A DNA stretch of 64,000 bases. It comes from Williopsis jadinii. Taxonomy: Eukaryota. Positions 34,446 through 45,553 of this stretch are shown here, piece after piece. The notes beneath the pieces were generated by a model, which saw only the letters and a list, made by a program, of their open reading frames with translations, ran no database searches and was not told the origin of the DNA. Position numbers and translations under genes: made by a program. Each line of letters begins with the position of its first letter. Position 1 is the stretch's first letter. The DNA lies in the NCBI GenBank assembly GCA_024346625.1, contig AP024664.1:2852001-2916000 (forward strand). Direction: 5' to 3'.

Positions 34446-36829
34446 TCATTCAGCCTTCTCAGATAAGTCATCCATTTCGTAGGATTCCAACGGCTGCGGA
34501 ACTGTAGCTGAGTTGTCGTCGAGTAAAATGCTAGCGAGGTGTGTCTTTACTTGCTTCACTAGAGCATGGAATGCGAGGTCCAACGGCCCCCACAAGTTCA
34601 GAGTGTTCACAAAGAAGAGCCCGGTACCAATGAGAATGGCAAGCACCAAGTAGAGAGGGTTGCGCAAGATAGCCATGAATTCGTTCCATCCCAAGACGAT
34701 CAACAGAATGTACATGAATGGTGGAATCTTTGAGATGTTTGAGATGATGGAACGCGACGCATCACGGTATGATACCTCAGCCTGTTTGAGGAAGTCCTTC
34801 TTGACTCTTAGCTGTTCAGGAGCAGACAAGATGTGTGAGAACCTGTGTGGATGCACATCCTCTTCATCCTCATCGTCGTAGATGTCATAATCAGGAATGA
34901 TTTCTGAATCGTTTGACAGTTTAGCAATGGACAGCAGAGGAAGCGACTTTAGTGCGTGCTGGGAGGCCTCCCTATACGCAGACGAGATCTCTGTTTCGTT
35001 CTTCCAAACCCTTGGGATGCCAGTGTTGTCATATGTGAACACCTCATCGAATTGACGTTTGAGAATGTTCACAACGTTATCAGGTCTAAGATAATCGTGT
35101 ATGAAGTTGTCAAAAGACAACCATGATTCCTTGCCGATCTTCTGAACTATTCTGTCGTTTTCCTCTGGGGAGCAACCCAGTTTGAAGTCATAAGTAGAAT
35201 CACTAGTTTGATACTTTGAAAGCGATAGTTTCAACAGCTCTCTGAAACTGTCCAAGACCCTGTCCCACATCTCAATATCTGGTGCTGCAAATGAATCTAC
35301 CGTCTCATTCTTCAATGATGGAACCAATTTCTTAGCAATACGAGATGTCAACGTGTTAATCTCTTGTTCCCTCGAACGTTGTATCTGCTCCTGTAACTTG
35401 GAACTAAATTCTTCCAATTCATTTTGATATGTGAATGTTTCAGGATCCAATTCATTGACGGGCTCAAGCTCTTGGGAGAAAGATGTCAATGCGATGGTCT
35501 TTGCATCGGTTGATCTCTCCAGGAATGTGGCTTTTGTAGACTTGTCGTTTAGGCTTTGAGTGAACCCTGAGAAAGCAGATTTCGACAACTCCTTGATGAA
35601 CTCCTTGAATAAAGTGAGCAGCTTTGAGTTGATACTCTTAGTAAGGGCATCTCTCTTCGACGTGTAAACTTCCTTATTATAATGGCCCGCCTGTAAGTCG
35701 TACGTACTCAATGACAGCTGTAGGAGCTTCTTAAACTCATCTGCCAGTGAAGCACCTTTCAAGCCATCCAGCTTTACACCACCAAACGTATGTTCGAACT
35801 CAGAGTCAAACAACTCCAAGGTCTCCTTGATGATTTCATCACATCTGAATCTAGCGACAAGGATTTGTTGTGTTGGGAGATCTAAATCCTTATTGGACTG
35901 GATTTGGTTCCAGCAGTTCTCAGCGTACACTGACCACCCATCGATAGGGAATGCTTGATGATAGTCCTTCTTAAACAAGTAATTCTCATCTCCTGGTGTG
36001 AAACGATCACCCAGTGAACGAACATCCTCGTGGAATTGGTGCTCTTGCAACACTTTATGACTCAGTCCGACAAACTCCAAGTCAAAGTATTTCGACAGTG
36101 GAGTATCGGATGCCACAGTGGAAGGTTTGGCAATGTCATTCCACATCTTGTGCAAGTCCTGAGTCAGAGTATTGGATAAGTTCTCCAGCGGAGTTGAACC
36201 GACATGGTCTCTAATGACAAATAACAACAGCATCTTATGGTCCTTGTCACCAAACAGCGAGAGGTTGACTTCGAACACGGTCTTCAACAGCCCCATGTTG
36301 GCACCTTGGTAGAGCCCAACCTGGTGCTCCCAAATGTTCACAATCAACACCTCTGAGGTGGCCAAGGCAAACAGAGCTGCTTTCCTCTCAAAGTCCTGGT
36401 CTTCTCCACGCTCTCGACCATCAGAGCCTTCAACATCCATCACAAACACATGCTCCTTACCGAGCGATGTCGAGTGTGATTCAACTTTGGGGGAGAACCC
36501 CAGCCAGATGCCCTTCGTGGTCTGTTGTCTCTGAGCTTCGTTCATAACATCGAACTTCGTGTGGAACAGCGCGTTCAGTAGCGTCGACTTCCCCGTGGAC
36601 TGCGAGCCAAACACAGAGATCACATGGTAGTCCAGTCCCATGTCATTTGGCGACACCTTGGACAAGTATGCTTTCACGGAGTCTCTTCTATTGGCGGTCA
36701 CGGGGGACACAGCTTGTTAGGAGCAGCTCCAAAGAACAGCGCACCAAAACACGCACAGACACACAATACTCACTGAAACTCCTTCGCCTCGTCAATCACC
36801 TGCACCGAGTCGTTTGATACCTCAGCCAT
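34446..36829 (-). CDS. SEY1: Dynamin-like ER fusion GTPase Sey1; exons 36829-36774 and 36687-34446
   Basis: GSQSTGKS, QTTKGIW, DVEGSDGRERG and a C-terminal TM hairpin. Intron GTGAGT...TCCTAAC...TAG supplies the N-terminus MAEVSNDSVQVIDEAKEF. Confidence 0.95.
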
Positions 36830-37100
36830 TTCCCCTTATTCGTAGTAATTGTTCCTAGTAATCAACCGGTATTATTGTCTGTCTCGTGGTGGAAGCCTCC
36901 AGCGTGGGCTTTTTCACGGGCCGCCTTCCCCTTATAAACATGCCCCAACTTTGGCGGGAGCCCACGCCAGAAACGAGGAAAAATACACAGAACCCAGCCT
37001 AGAAAAACCCACTCGCCAGGCAGGCTCTTTCCATCAACACAACAAGGAGGCTCAGCGTAAAGCGCACAGTCCACTATACATCTGCTTCTCTTCCCACGAA

Positions 37101-38039
37101 ATGGCCACTGAGATCAACGTTTCCAACCCGAAGCTGAAGAGAACGCTGCTGAGGTTCCAGGCTAAGATCGCCGAGGGCGACTACTACGAGGCTCATCAGA
37201 CTCTTCGCACGATTGCCAATAGAAACGTCCGGTCCAAGTCGTATGGCGATGCCATTGACCTGCTGTACCACGGGGCTCAGATTCTGCTGCAGTCGAGCCA
37301 GCCGGCCACAGGGTCTGATCTGACGAGCTACCTGATTGATGTTTACAACGAGAGCGACACCAAGGTGACTACTGAGTCGAAGGCCAGGCTGATCCAGCTC
37401 ATTTCCCTGTTTGATCCCCAGGAGCCCTCTCTGAAACACGTTGGCGTGGAGGCAGTCAACTGGTCCATAAACCACGGTGAGTGTCAATACGGTGATGGTG
37501 ATATCCACAATGCTCTGGGCCAGAAGTTTGTAGAGTGTGATTCCTTAGCGTATGAAGCTGAGAGACATCTCGTCTTGGGCAATTCGCATTCTCTGGACAC
37601 GTATGTCAAGCACATCTGGTCATGGTACCAACAGGACTCTGAGAAGAGCAATATTGGGCTCTACGTGTCAAGATGCGTGCTGAACTACTTGTTCATCCAA
37701 AACGTCAAGAATGCGAACCAAGCATTGGATGAACTTTTGACGCTATTCACAACGGAGTATCCGTCGTTCAAGTACGAGCAAATAACGGAATCCTCCGTGT
37801 CAGTGAAGCTCTTCGACTCCCTACCTCTGCTGAACTTTGTGCAGTTCCTTCTAAGGGTGGTCTCCACCGGCGATCCTAAACTGTTTAATGTTCTCGTGGG
37901 ACGCTATTCACCAACATTGGACTCGTGTGAGCTCAAAGATGCTGTTGCCTACATCGGTCAGTTGTACTTTGGAATTCAAGTGCCTAAACAGGTTAACCTA
38001 CTACAAAACTTGATGTCTGGGTTCCTCGGTGGTAGATAG
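37101..38039 (+). CDS. GET4: GET pathway protein Get4
   Basis: ATG at 37101. KLKRTLLRF..KI.EGDYYEAHQTLRTIANR and a C-terminal YIGQLYFGI..NLLQNLMSGFLGG. Confidence 0.95.
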   Translation: MATEINVSNPKLKRTLLRFQAKIAEGDYYEAHQTLRTIANRNVRSKSYGDAIDLLYHGAQILLQSSQPATGSDLTSYLIDVYNESDTKVTTESKARLIQLISLFDPQEPSLKHVGVEAVNWSINHGECQYGDGDIHNALGQKFVECDSLAYEAERHLVLGNSHSLDTYVKHIWSWYQQDSEKSNIGLYVSRCVLNYLFIQNVKNANQALDELLTLFTTEYPSFKYEQITESSVSVKLFDSLPLLNFVQFLLRVVSTGDPKLFNVLVGRYSPTLDSCELKDAVAYIGQLYFGIQVPKQVNLLQNLMSGFLGGR

Positions 38040-38658
38040 CACTGTTGCTCTCCTTGTGCTTTAGCACCACTATTCAGCATTACCTGCTCAACTGCCTTTG
38101 CGAGTTCCGGTCTCTTATTACTCTGTAAACTCTCAATCGCATCTTCAAAAGTGAACCACTGTCTTTTCCTAGTTGCACTTTCTGGGAATTCATCGTGTAG
38201 CTCCTTAACCTTCATCTCGTAGAGGTGAAATTCCGATCTTGGTGGGTTTCTCAAGACGCCATTGGTTTCCTTCATGGAGCCCTTTGCCCATTCAGCCGGT
38301 GATCTTAGATCTGGAATCACTTGCAACTTTCTGACAATAGTTCCTATAGCACCAGCTTCTTCCCACGTTTCTCTAATCGCAGCCCTCACGTAGTCGCCGT
38401 CATCATCTTCATCAGTCTCAACACCTCCCTTTGGTAATACCCATTTGTTGTTGTTACGCGACGAGCCAACAAGGAGTACTCTATCTCCAGCTTCATTCAC
38501 ACACACACAACCACTCACCAGACGAGCACCTGTTGTTGTGTTGTACACTTACGACCAGAGAACAGTTAGATCGTTTATAATCTTTCAAATACATTTGGGG
38601 GTCACTTACACTGGTTCTCACGTCCTTCACGTGCAGTTTGGGTGTATTCAATTGACAT
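37976..38658 (-). CDS. DDP1: Diphosphoinositol polyphosphate / ApnA Nudix hydrolase; exons 38658-38610 and 38547-37976
   Basis: Spliced N-terminus [23 protein letters not shown] and Nudix box WVLPKGGVETDE...AIRETWEEAG. The 62-nt intron is GTAAGT...ATCTAAC...AAG. Confidence 0.92.
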
Positions 38659-38767
38659 TGTTTGCTCCTAAAGGGGTTCGATTTTGGGGAGAAGGGTATG
38701 AATTTTGAAGGCTTTTTCACCAGTTTTATATTCAAAGAACTCGAAGGCTTTGGCCAGGATAACAAGA

Positions 38768-40162
38768 ATGAATCAACTGCCCTCAGAGTTTGGGAATAAG
38801 GAGCATGTATTTGAGAGAGATGACTCGGTGTATGAGAGATGGCTGAGGAATGATGGCTTGGAGGGCAATCACTGTGGTGGTGACGGTGATGGTGATGGTG
38901 ACAGCAGCAGTGACAGTGATAGCGATGATGACGATGATGATGATGAACTTCCTATAACTCATCAGTTCAGCTTAAGCGGCACAAAGAGCATCACATGTCT
39001 CAAGTACCACCCTTCTGGCTCAGAATTGTACACAGCTACAACGGACGGGTCCTTGCTCTGCTATAACTTCAACTCAATGTCTGCTGAAAGCACTGAACCA
39101 TCACACAGCTTTGAGCCCTTTGAATCTCACCATATTCACAAGTTGGATATAGCTTCTCCAAGAGGGCCACTGTTGGCATTGGCGAACACCTCAACGTTCA
39201 AATTAATTTCCCGAGAAGGTGATGAACTGGCGTCATCTGCAACTGGTGATAGATACCTATACGATGTTAAACAGACAAGAGGACATACAGACACTATAAC
39301 GGACGGTGGGTTCATCTCCCAGGAGAAGGTTATAACCTCAAGTTTGGATTCAACTTTCCGTATATGGGATACGACTAAATGCTCTCAGCAGAGTGTCACT
39401 GTCGTCAAGGCAAATGGCAAAAAGACCAAAGTAAGCCATTTGGAATACTCTATGGCTGGTCTGGCATTTGCAGTCAATGACAACAGGTTGACGTCATGGG
39501 ATATCAATACAAAGATGATGAGACCAATAGAGGAAATTGTGGAGAAGTGCCCAATACTCAGCATCAGATCATCTGAGGATAAGTTACTTGTTCGAACAGA
39601 GGATTCTCTAAAGTTGTACGACGTGAAGAACTTATCAAGACCACTAATACAGAGATTGTCATACCCAAGTCCAACTGACGATTCCTTCACGGCTCCAATG
39701 TACTTCAATAATGATAAAATTGTCATTGCAATGTCGAATTCTATAGATATTCTGGATAAGTCAGATCTAATGACAATATCAAGCATAAAGGCTCAACACA
39801 ATGTTTCCTGTGTTGAATGGGAACCAAAGACAAATCAAATTGCTTACGGCCAGTGCTTAGAAGGCTCAAAGGGTTATATAAGCATTTTATTCGATCCTAA
39901 ACTGTCACGAAATGGAGTTATGGCTACGATTAACAACAGACCCAAAAAGAGACATCTTGATGATTCAATATTCACTTCCAAGGTTAAAGAAATAGGCTAT
40001 AACATGGACGAGCTGAATGAATTGAAACAGTCAAAAAAGAAGAAGCACGACGTCGACGAAGATCGGTCTAAAAAGAATACCTTAGTTTGGGGAAGAACTC
40101 AGCCCTCAGAGAGAAACATCGATGAAGATCCAAGAGAAGCACTGAAGAAGTATTCAAAGTAG
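38768..40162 (+). CDS. WD40-repeat protein, WDR70/GAD-1-like
   Basis: Acidic N-terminus followed by LPITHQFSL, YNFNSM, GDRYLYDVKQTRGH and EDPREAL, which are motifs characteristic of WDR70. ATG at 38768. Confidence 0.75.
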   Translation: MNQLPSEFGNKEHVFERDDSVYERWLRNDGLEGNHCGGDGDGDGDSSSDSDSDDDDDDDELPITHQFSLSGTKSITCLKYHPSGSELYTATTDGSLLCYNFNSMSAESTEPSHSFEPFESHHIHKLDIASPRGPLLALANTSTFKLISREGDELASSATGDRYLYDVKQTRGHTDTITDGGFISQEKVITSSLDSTFRIWDTTKCSQQSVTVVKANGKKTKVSHLEYSMAGLAFAVNDNRLTSWDINTKMMRPIEEIVEKCPILSIRSSEDKLLVRTEDSLKLYDVKNLSRPLIQRLSYPSPTDDSFTAPMYFNNDKIVIAMSNSIDILDKSDLMTISSIKAQHNVSCVEWEPKTNQIAYGQCLEGSKGYISILFDPKLSRNGVMATINNRPKKRHLDDSIFTSKVKEIGYNMDELNELKQSKKKKHDVDEDRSKKNTLVWGRTQPSERNIDEDPREALKKYSK

Positions 40163-40167
40163 AAATG

Positions 40168-41340
40168 TCAGCTTTCAAGCTCGTCAACCTCTGTGCGCTT
40201 CAACTGTGACAATATTTGTGCATGTGGATAACTACCGATATCTAATCTTGTCCAATTGACAATGTTGCCCTGTGTATCCAATTGGCTTATCGAAGCATTG
40301 CCACACTCTTTGTAGTAGACACTTTTACCCATATCGTCGTACATAATCAAAACCATTCTGTGTGCTTTGTTCACTTCAACAAAAGAGCTATACCAAGTAT
40401 GAATACGGTACATTGACCTGGAATCAAACTCCAACAATCTCAACTCTTCAAATTTCGGAAGTGAATACGTCTTCATGGGTATAAATCCATCCGAGAAGAC
40501 CATTGCGAGATCGATATCCATAATCTTCAAAACTTTCAACCATTTGACACTTCTATTGATGAAATTGTGTAATAATTCTGCTATTTTGAAGCAGACTGAC
40601 GTCGCACGAGGTTGTGTTCTCAAGTGCAACCACTTGTTTCTCCATTCTCTAACATTTAACCTATGGCCCCCGGTTTCTTCGTATGCAAGAACAGAATTCC
40701 AGTTCCAATGACCAAGCTCTGGGTGTATGTTCTTATAGACCACTGGGGAGTTGATACTTTTGAACTTGAATTCAGTCAACTGATTGTTATGGTTAATTGT
40801 CGTGTCAAGTGAATCGAGATCAGCACGCTTTAGATTCCTGAAGCGTGATGTAAGAATCACATCCAAAAACCTGACATTTGATGGTATATTTCTCAAGCAT
40901 TCAAATAGCAAAGGTAAAGAGTCTGTCAAGATGTATAACGTTACTAAGTTCGTACACATGGGCAATATAGAGCTCACATTGGTATTGAAACCTCTCGCAT
41001 CGTTATGTCTGAGCCAAGTACTCGAAGATTTCACTTGCATAACACGCACATTCTTTGCGTTGTTAGGTTCCTCCAACAATGTCTTACAGAGAGTGTTGTT
41101 GTCAATTGTCTTTGATGGCTCAAACGTACTTAATTGAAGCACCTTTGTGCTGTACAACAAGGGCTGAAGAAATCGATGAATTCTCTTACACGTTAAGGCA
41201 TAAGCTGTGATATTGCTTCTTCGATAGAATACATGTTTGGCAATGATGCAGTGAATCTCACGAGGAAGAGCAACAAACTCAATTGGTCTAGAACTATTTG
41301 TCATAGCAAGTATTATGCTTGATCGTGTATTAGTCACCAT
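40168..41340 (-). CDS. F-box-like protein of unknown function
   Basis: N-terminal FVALPREIHCIIAKHV...ALTCKRIHRFLQPLLY F-box pattern with an LRR-like body. Start is 41340 or 41304. Confidence 0.6.
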   Translation of the reverse strand: MVTNTRSSIILAMTNSSRPIEFVALPREIHCIIAKHVFYRRSNITAYALTCKRIHRFLQPLLYSTKVLQLSTFEPSKTIDNNTLCKTLLEEPNNAKNVRVMQVKSSSTWLRHNDARGFNTNVSSILPMCTNLVTLYILTDSLPLLFECLRNIPSNVRFLDVILTSRFRNLKRADLDSLDTTINHNNQLTEFKFKSINSPVVYKNIHPELGHWNWNSVLAYEETGGHRLNVREWRNKWLHLRTQPRATSVCFKIAELLHNFINRSVKWLKVLKIMDIDLAMVFSDGFIPMKTYSLPKFEELRLLEFDSRSMYRIHTWYSSFVEVNKAHRMVLIMYDDMGKSVYYKECGNASISQLDTQGNIVNWTRLDIGSYPHAQILSQLKRTEVDELES

Positions 41341-41467
41341 TGTGTCAAATGTAAACAAGTTAGAGTATACTTTTTGCTAACTATTCACAAATTATTATCC
41401 ACATAGAGCACAAAGCTGAATGAGTTTTCAGTTCATCAGATAAAGCAGGTGAAAAGTATAGCAGAAA

Positions 41468-42379
41468 TCACTTTAAGAATGCACCGTTGGTCAATTCCAA
41501 CTCCAATTCATAATCAGGTTGGAACTCTGTATATAGGGTTTCTGGATCTGAAGTCATATGATACGTATATGCAGCTTCTTCATCATCGATAATTTTCTTT
41601 TCAAACATTGGGTTAATCTTATCAACCTGCATTTGTACTTCACAGCATCTCTCCATGAGCGTGAAAAGGTAAGCAGCTTCATCAATTGTTTCACCAACAG
41701 TTAATAAACCATGGTTTTGTAATATTACACCTTTGCCGTTACCAATTGCTTTTGCGATATTGATGCCTTCTTCTTTTTCAAGCACAACACCACCAAAGTT
41801 TTCATACACTGAATGTGCTTTGTAAAAGATGCACACATCTTGGTTGATCATCTCCAATGGTTTGCCAAATGTGGAATACGCCTTCCCCCAAACAGAATGG
41901 GTATGACAGGCAGCGTTGACATCAGGCCTAGCTTTGTGCAATTCCGAGTGTATCTTGAATCCTGCAGCGTTCACAGCAGCCAAGTTACCACCAATGACCC
42001 TACCTTCCTTATCAACATGTACCAAATCAGAAACTTTCATCAGGGAAAAATGTGTGCCTAATGGGTTGATCCAAAAGGTCTCTGGATCAACAGGGTCCCG
42101 AACAGAGATATGGCCAGCAGACCCTTCAGCATAACCTTTTCTCCCAAACACTCTGAATGCGCCAGCCAAGTGTTCCAAGCACCAACGACGCTCATCGTAC
42201 TTATCCTTGAACTCTGGCTTCTTATGACGATACGGGTATTGTCCTTGTACCAAGTTATGTATACCTTGCTCCCCGAGAACATGGTGGTGGTGATGTTCCT
42301 CGGTATTTGGATTCAAGTGCAGAGTGGCATTTCCCACTGTTGTGGTGGTAGTCGCAGCAGTTGTAGAAGTACTTGACAT
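41468..42379 (-). CDS. Class II aldolase/adducin-domain protein (Mug14-like)
   Basis: EGSAGHISVRDP, GFKIHSELHKARPDVNAACHTHS and ILQNHGLLTVG zinc-binding motifs. Confidence 0.9.
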   Translation of the reverse strand: MSSTSTTAATTTTTVGNATLHLNPNTEEHHHHHVLGEQGIHNLVQGQYPYRHKKPEFKDKYDERRWCLEHLAGAFRVFGRKGYAEGSAGHISVRDPVDPETFWINPLGTHFSLMKVSDLVHVDKEGRVIGGNLAAVNAAGFKIHSELHKARPDVNAACHTHSVWGKAYSTFGKPLEMINQDVCIFYKAHSVYENFGGVVLEKEEGINIAKAIGNGKGVILQNHGLLTVGETIDEAAYLFTLMERCCEVQMQVDKINPMFEKKIIDDEEAAYTYHMTSDPETLYTEFQPDYELELELTNGAFLK

Positions 42380-42713
42380 TATCACGAATCAGTTCGTTAC
42401 TCCAAAAGAAATGCTCACGTCTCCAGAGAACATTCGACAGAGAAGCAGCTCTCTTATATACCTTATCAACAGATCGAGTTGCCCGTATCAACGGGGATTT
42501 TATACCAATTGTATGGGGAAAGCCACGCCGATAGCTCTTATTAGTAGCAAGAGGCGCGAAACCCACACACCACAAAACGCCGCACTTGTCGGTTTCCATT
42601 TTGAGCGAGTTTTCAGAACCTAAACGCGCAAACCACAAAAGCTCTAAACTTCGGCATCAACTTCAGTTAGAGGTTTCTGTGGTAAAAACCAGAAAACTCA
42701 CAAAGTTGTGAAA

Positions 42714-43445
42714 TCACACCAGAATGCCCTTGTACTCTGTGGAGGTTTTGACTGCAAGCTTTGGCCATTGTACCAAGAACCTATGTGCCAAAGGGCGGCA
42801 AATCATGCCACTTGTACTTAGCCTGTTCACGCGCGCAAGGGACTCGATGTAGAAGATCTTTGTTGTGTGTGAAAATTGTACAACATTCAGGAAAGTGTAG
42901 AATATGGCCAAGGGTACCGTCGTTCCTGGACCGTTGAGCATCAGGATATCTGGTGGGTATTCGATATTGGGGAACACGTTGAATACAAACATGATCGACT
43001 TCACGGTGGATAGGAAGGAGGACACCAGCGGCTCGCCAACTCTTCGTGCACGTGGGAGATCGACAAAGGAGTAGCTTGCCCTCAGCGGCCTTTCTTCAAT
43101 GAACTTTGTCAACATCTTTTGAGATCCTTCGTCTCCGGTGGAGGTTACAAACGTTATGTGCTTGAGCGAATCCAACGACTTCACCGTTGACAGCATTCTC
43201 AACATCTCACCGGTGTGACCGCCGGATCCCAGAAACACCATGAGCGTTTTGTCATTCCAGGATTTCGTGGAGATGGATCTGTTCAGGTTGAAACATGGAA
43301 TGACAAAGCATAATCTCATCATCGACGCGGTATAACCAATCATCAGCAGCGACCAAAATGGCCATCTATCACTACCCTCGGCTGTGGAATACAATTTCCA
43401 CATCATGGATGCATACACACCAAGAAAAAGAGTAAAATAGTTCAT
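42714..43445 (-). CDS. ALG14: UDP-GlcNAc transferase subunit Alg14
   Basis: VFLGSGGHTGEM, PRARRVG, NGPGT, YIESLARV and FLVQW. Confidence 0.95.
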   Translation of the reverse strand: MNYFTLFLGVYASMMWKLYSTAEGSDRWPFWSLLMIGYTASMMRLCFVIPCFNLNRSISTKSWNDKTLMVFLGSGGHTGEMLRMLSTVKSLDSLKHITFVTSTGDEGSQKMLTKFIEERPLRASYSFVDLPRARRVGEPLVSSFLSTVKSIMFVFNVFPNIEYPPDILMLNGPGTTVPLAIFYTFLNVVQFSHTTKIFYIESLARVNRLSTSGMICRPLAHRFLVQWPKLAVKTSTEYKGILV

Positions 43446-43700
43446 TCTGACGGGACGTACGCAATTGAGTGACTCTGAATGAAACTCAATATGTCGTTGT
43501 TTCGGGTGGTTTGACCTTCCCTTTCGTGTGGAATATCAACTTTTGCAGAGGTGAAGAGAAAGCGAAAATTCCGAGGGAAAAATGGCCCTCGAGTCTCGAA
43601 ATTTTTATGAACACCGAGCTGATTAAGAAGACGTGTTGTTGTTGTTATCCTTTTATAACCAGTCCACCCATTATCTGCCACGCACGGTTAGACAACTCTA

Positions 43701-44422
43701 ATGATTAAATCGACGTTGATATACAGAACTGACGGTATGTACACGAATACGGTTGTCATTTTTCTGTCACGTTCCCTCCCCTCTAACATGAATTATGTAC
43801 AGGTATCCCACTTGCAGGTTCGGTGGATGAGGACAGCGATCCTCAATTACTCGAACAGAAGAAGAAAGTGAAGTTTCTCATGTCAAGAATCACGCCAAAT
43901 TCTCAGGATAAGGCTTCCATTGAGTCTGGCGAGTTTCAAATACATTATCTAATATCCAACAACATCGTTTACTTCGTCATCTGTGAAAAATCGTATCCAA
44001 GAAAGTTGGCATTTTCCTATTTACAAGAGATCGCACAGGAGTTCTTCCAATCCCATGGTGCAGATGCTCTAAGACAGACAACAAGACCATATGCCTTTGT
44101 GAGTTTTGATAACTACATGCAGAAAACCAAGAAGTTGTACCAAGATGAAAGGGCGCAGACAAACTTGGACAAGTTGAATACCGATCTTGCAGATGTGAAG
44201 ACGGTGCTTCAAAAGAACATTGAGGATCTGCTTTACAGAGGTGATAGCTTGGATAAGATGAGTGACATCTCGAGTTCCATCAGAACGGAATCAAGCAAGT
44301 ATAGAAAAGCTGCACGTAAGATTAACTTTGACCTGTTAATTAAGCAATACGCACCTGTTGCTGGTGTTGGTCTGCTCTTTGTATTCTTTATCTGGTATTT
44401 CTTCCTGAGAAGTTCTAAGTAA
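43701..44422 (+). CDS. SEC22: R-SNARE Sec22; exons 43701-43734 and 43803-44422
   Basis: MIKSTLIYRTDG|IPLAGSVD across intron GTATGT...CTCTAAC...CAG. Longin domain YPRKLAFSYL, SNARE motif NIEDLLYRGDSLD and a C-terminal TM segment. Confidence 0.96.
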
Positions 44423-45553
44423 TAGTACATAATTTATAATGTTCATTCCTGATCCATGGACTTGTACTGGTGCCTTGTCTATACTTCAACTGGTTTCGTT
44501 GGGCAAAGGATTATGTTTCGCTTAATGTGTACACCATTTTCAGCCTAAGCTTTAATTGAACCTTGTGAATGTTTCTTACAATTCATAAGTGAAACCATGG
44601 ATCATTCAATGTTCATAGTTCAATATCTGCAATTGGGTTGTCCATTGGTCAGACTTAGAGCAGTGAAATGGCACATACTCTTCATAATGGAAGTGTCTGA
44701 ATCAGGGATAATGTTCTTCAGATATGCCTGCAATTGAAATTTCAAAAGACCTAAACCATCATTAAACTATAGAAAGTGATTGGTCTAAATAGTAAGAGGT
44801 ACTTTAGATGCAACAGTGCATCAACACGTCCAAGTACAACCTTCAACTGTGCGAGAGCTTAATAAAAGCGCAGCAAAAGTAGAACATTGTGTGGTTCAAG
44901 ACATTCCAAGACACCGAAAACTGATATCGGTGAACGTTTAGCCATGTCTTTTCTACTGTTAACGGATGTGTTCATGTGTCGATTGGTATTTTCCATGCGT
45001 ATGCCTCTGTATGTGCTTCGTACCGTTACATCCCCAATGACAAAAGCCCTTAGTCCTCTGGCCTCAGTAATTTGATCCTTGAAAGAGTCCATTGCCCCTC
45101 TCCAAACTATTCTTGTTGACTCTACAGAGTCACATAATCAGAAAGAAGGATTTTGTAGCACTTGACGACCATGACCTTCTAAGCATAGTGAAGCATCGAA
45201 GGAAACTCCTCCATGGTACTGAGCACCTGGATATCCTACATAGTAAAAAGCCCCATTCCTAGAAGAGAATAATACCTTAGTGTAGAAGATCTGATGAAAC
45301 ACAAGCAAACCAATTGGGCCTTCAATGTGATATAGTTATGAGCCTCATGAGGACATCAGTATATCCCAATGCTGTAGCTCACTGAGATTACACGGTTTTA
45401 AAGATGTGTCACCTACCAGTATTCCAGCTGTACGGGGAAACTCTCCCGTTGCTGGGTTGTGAGCTCGTAATGTTCTGAGTGTTTGTTTACATTTTCCTGT
45501 GATTTACTTCTCCGAATTGATGGGACTATCAACTAGTGAACAGGTAGTAAGGT

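Noticed and set aside
36849..37100. N-terminal extension of GET4 in the ORF track (similarly AEP3, CHL1, WDR70, the ICT1-like gene and ENA1)
   Set aside because: These start at TTG or GTG codons under bacterial rules; homology begins at the first ATG.
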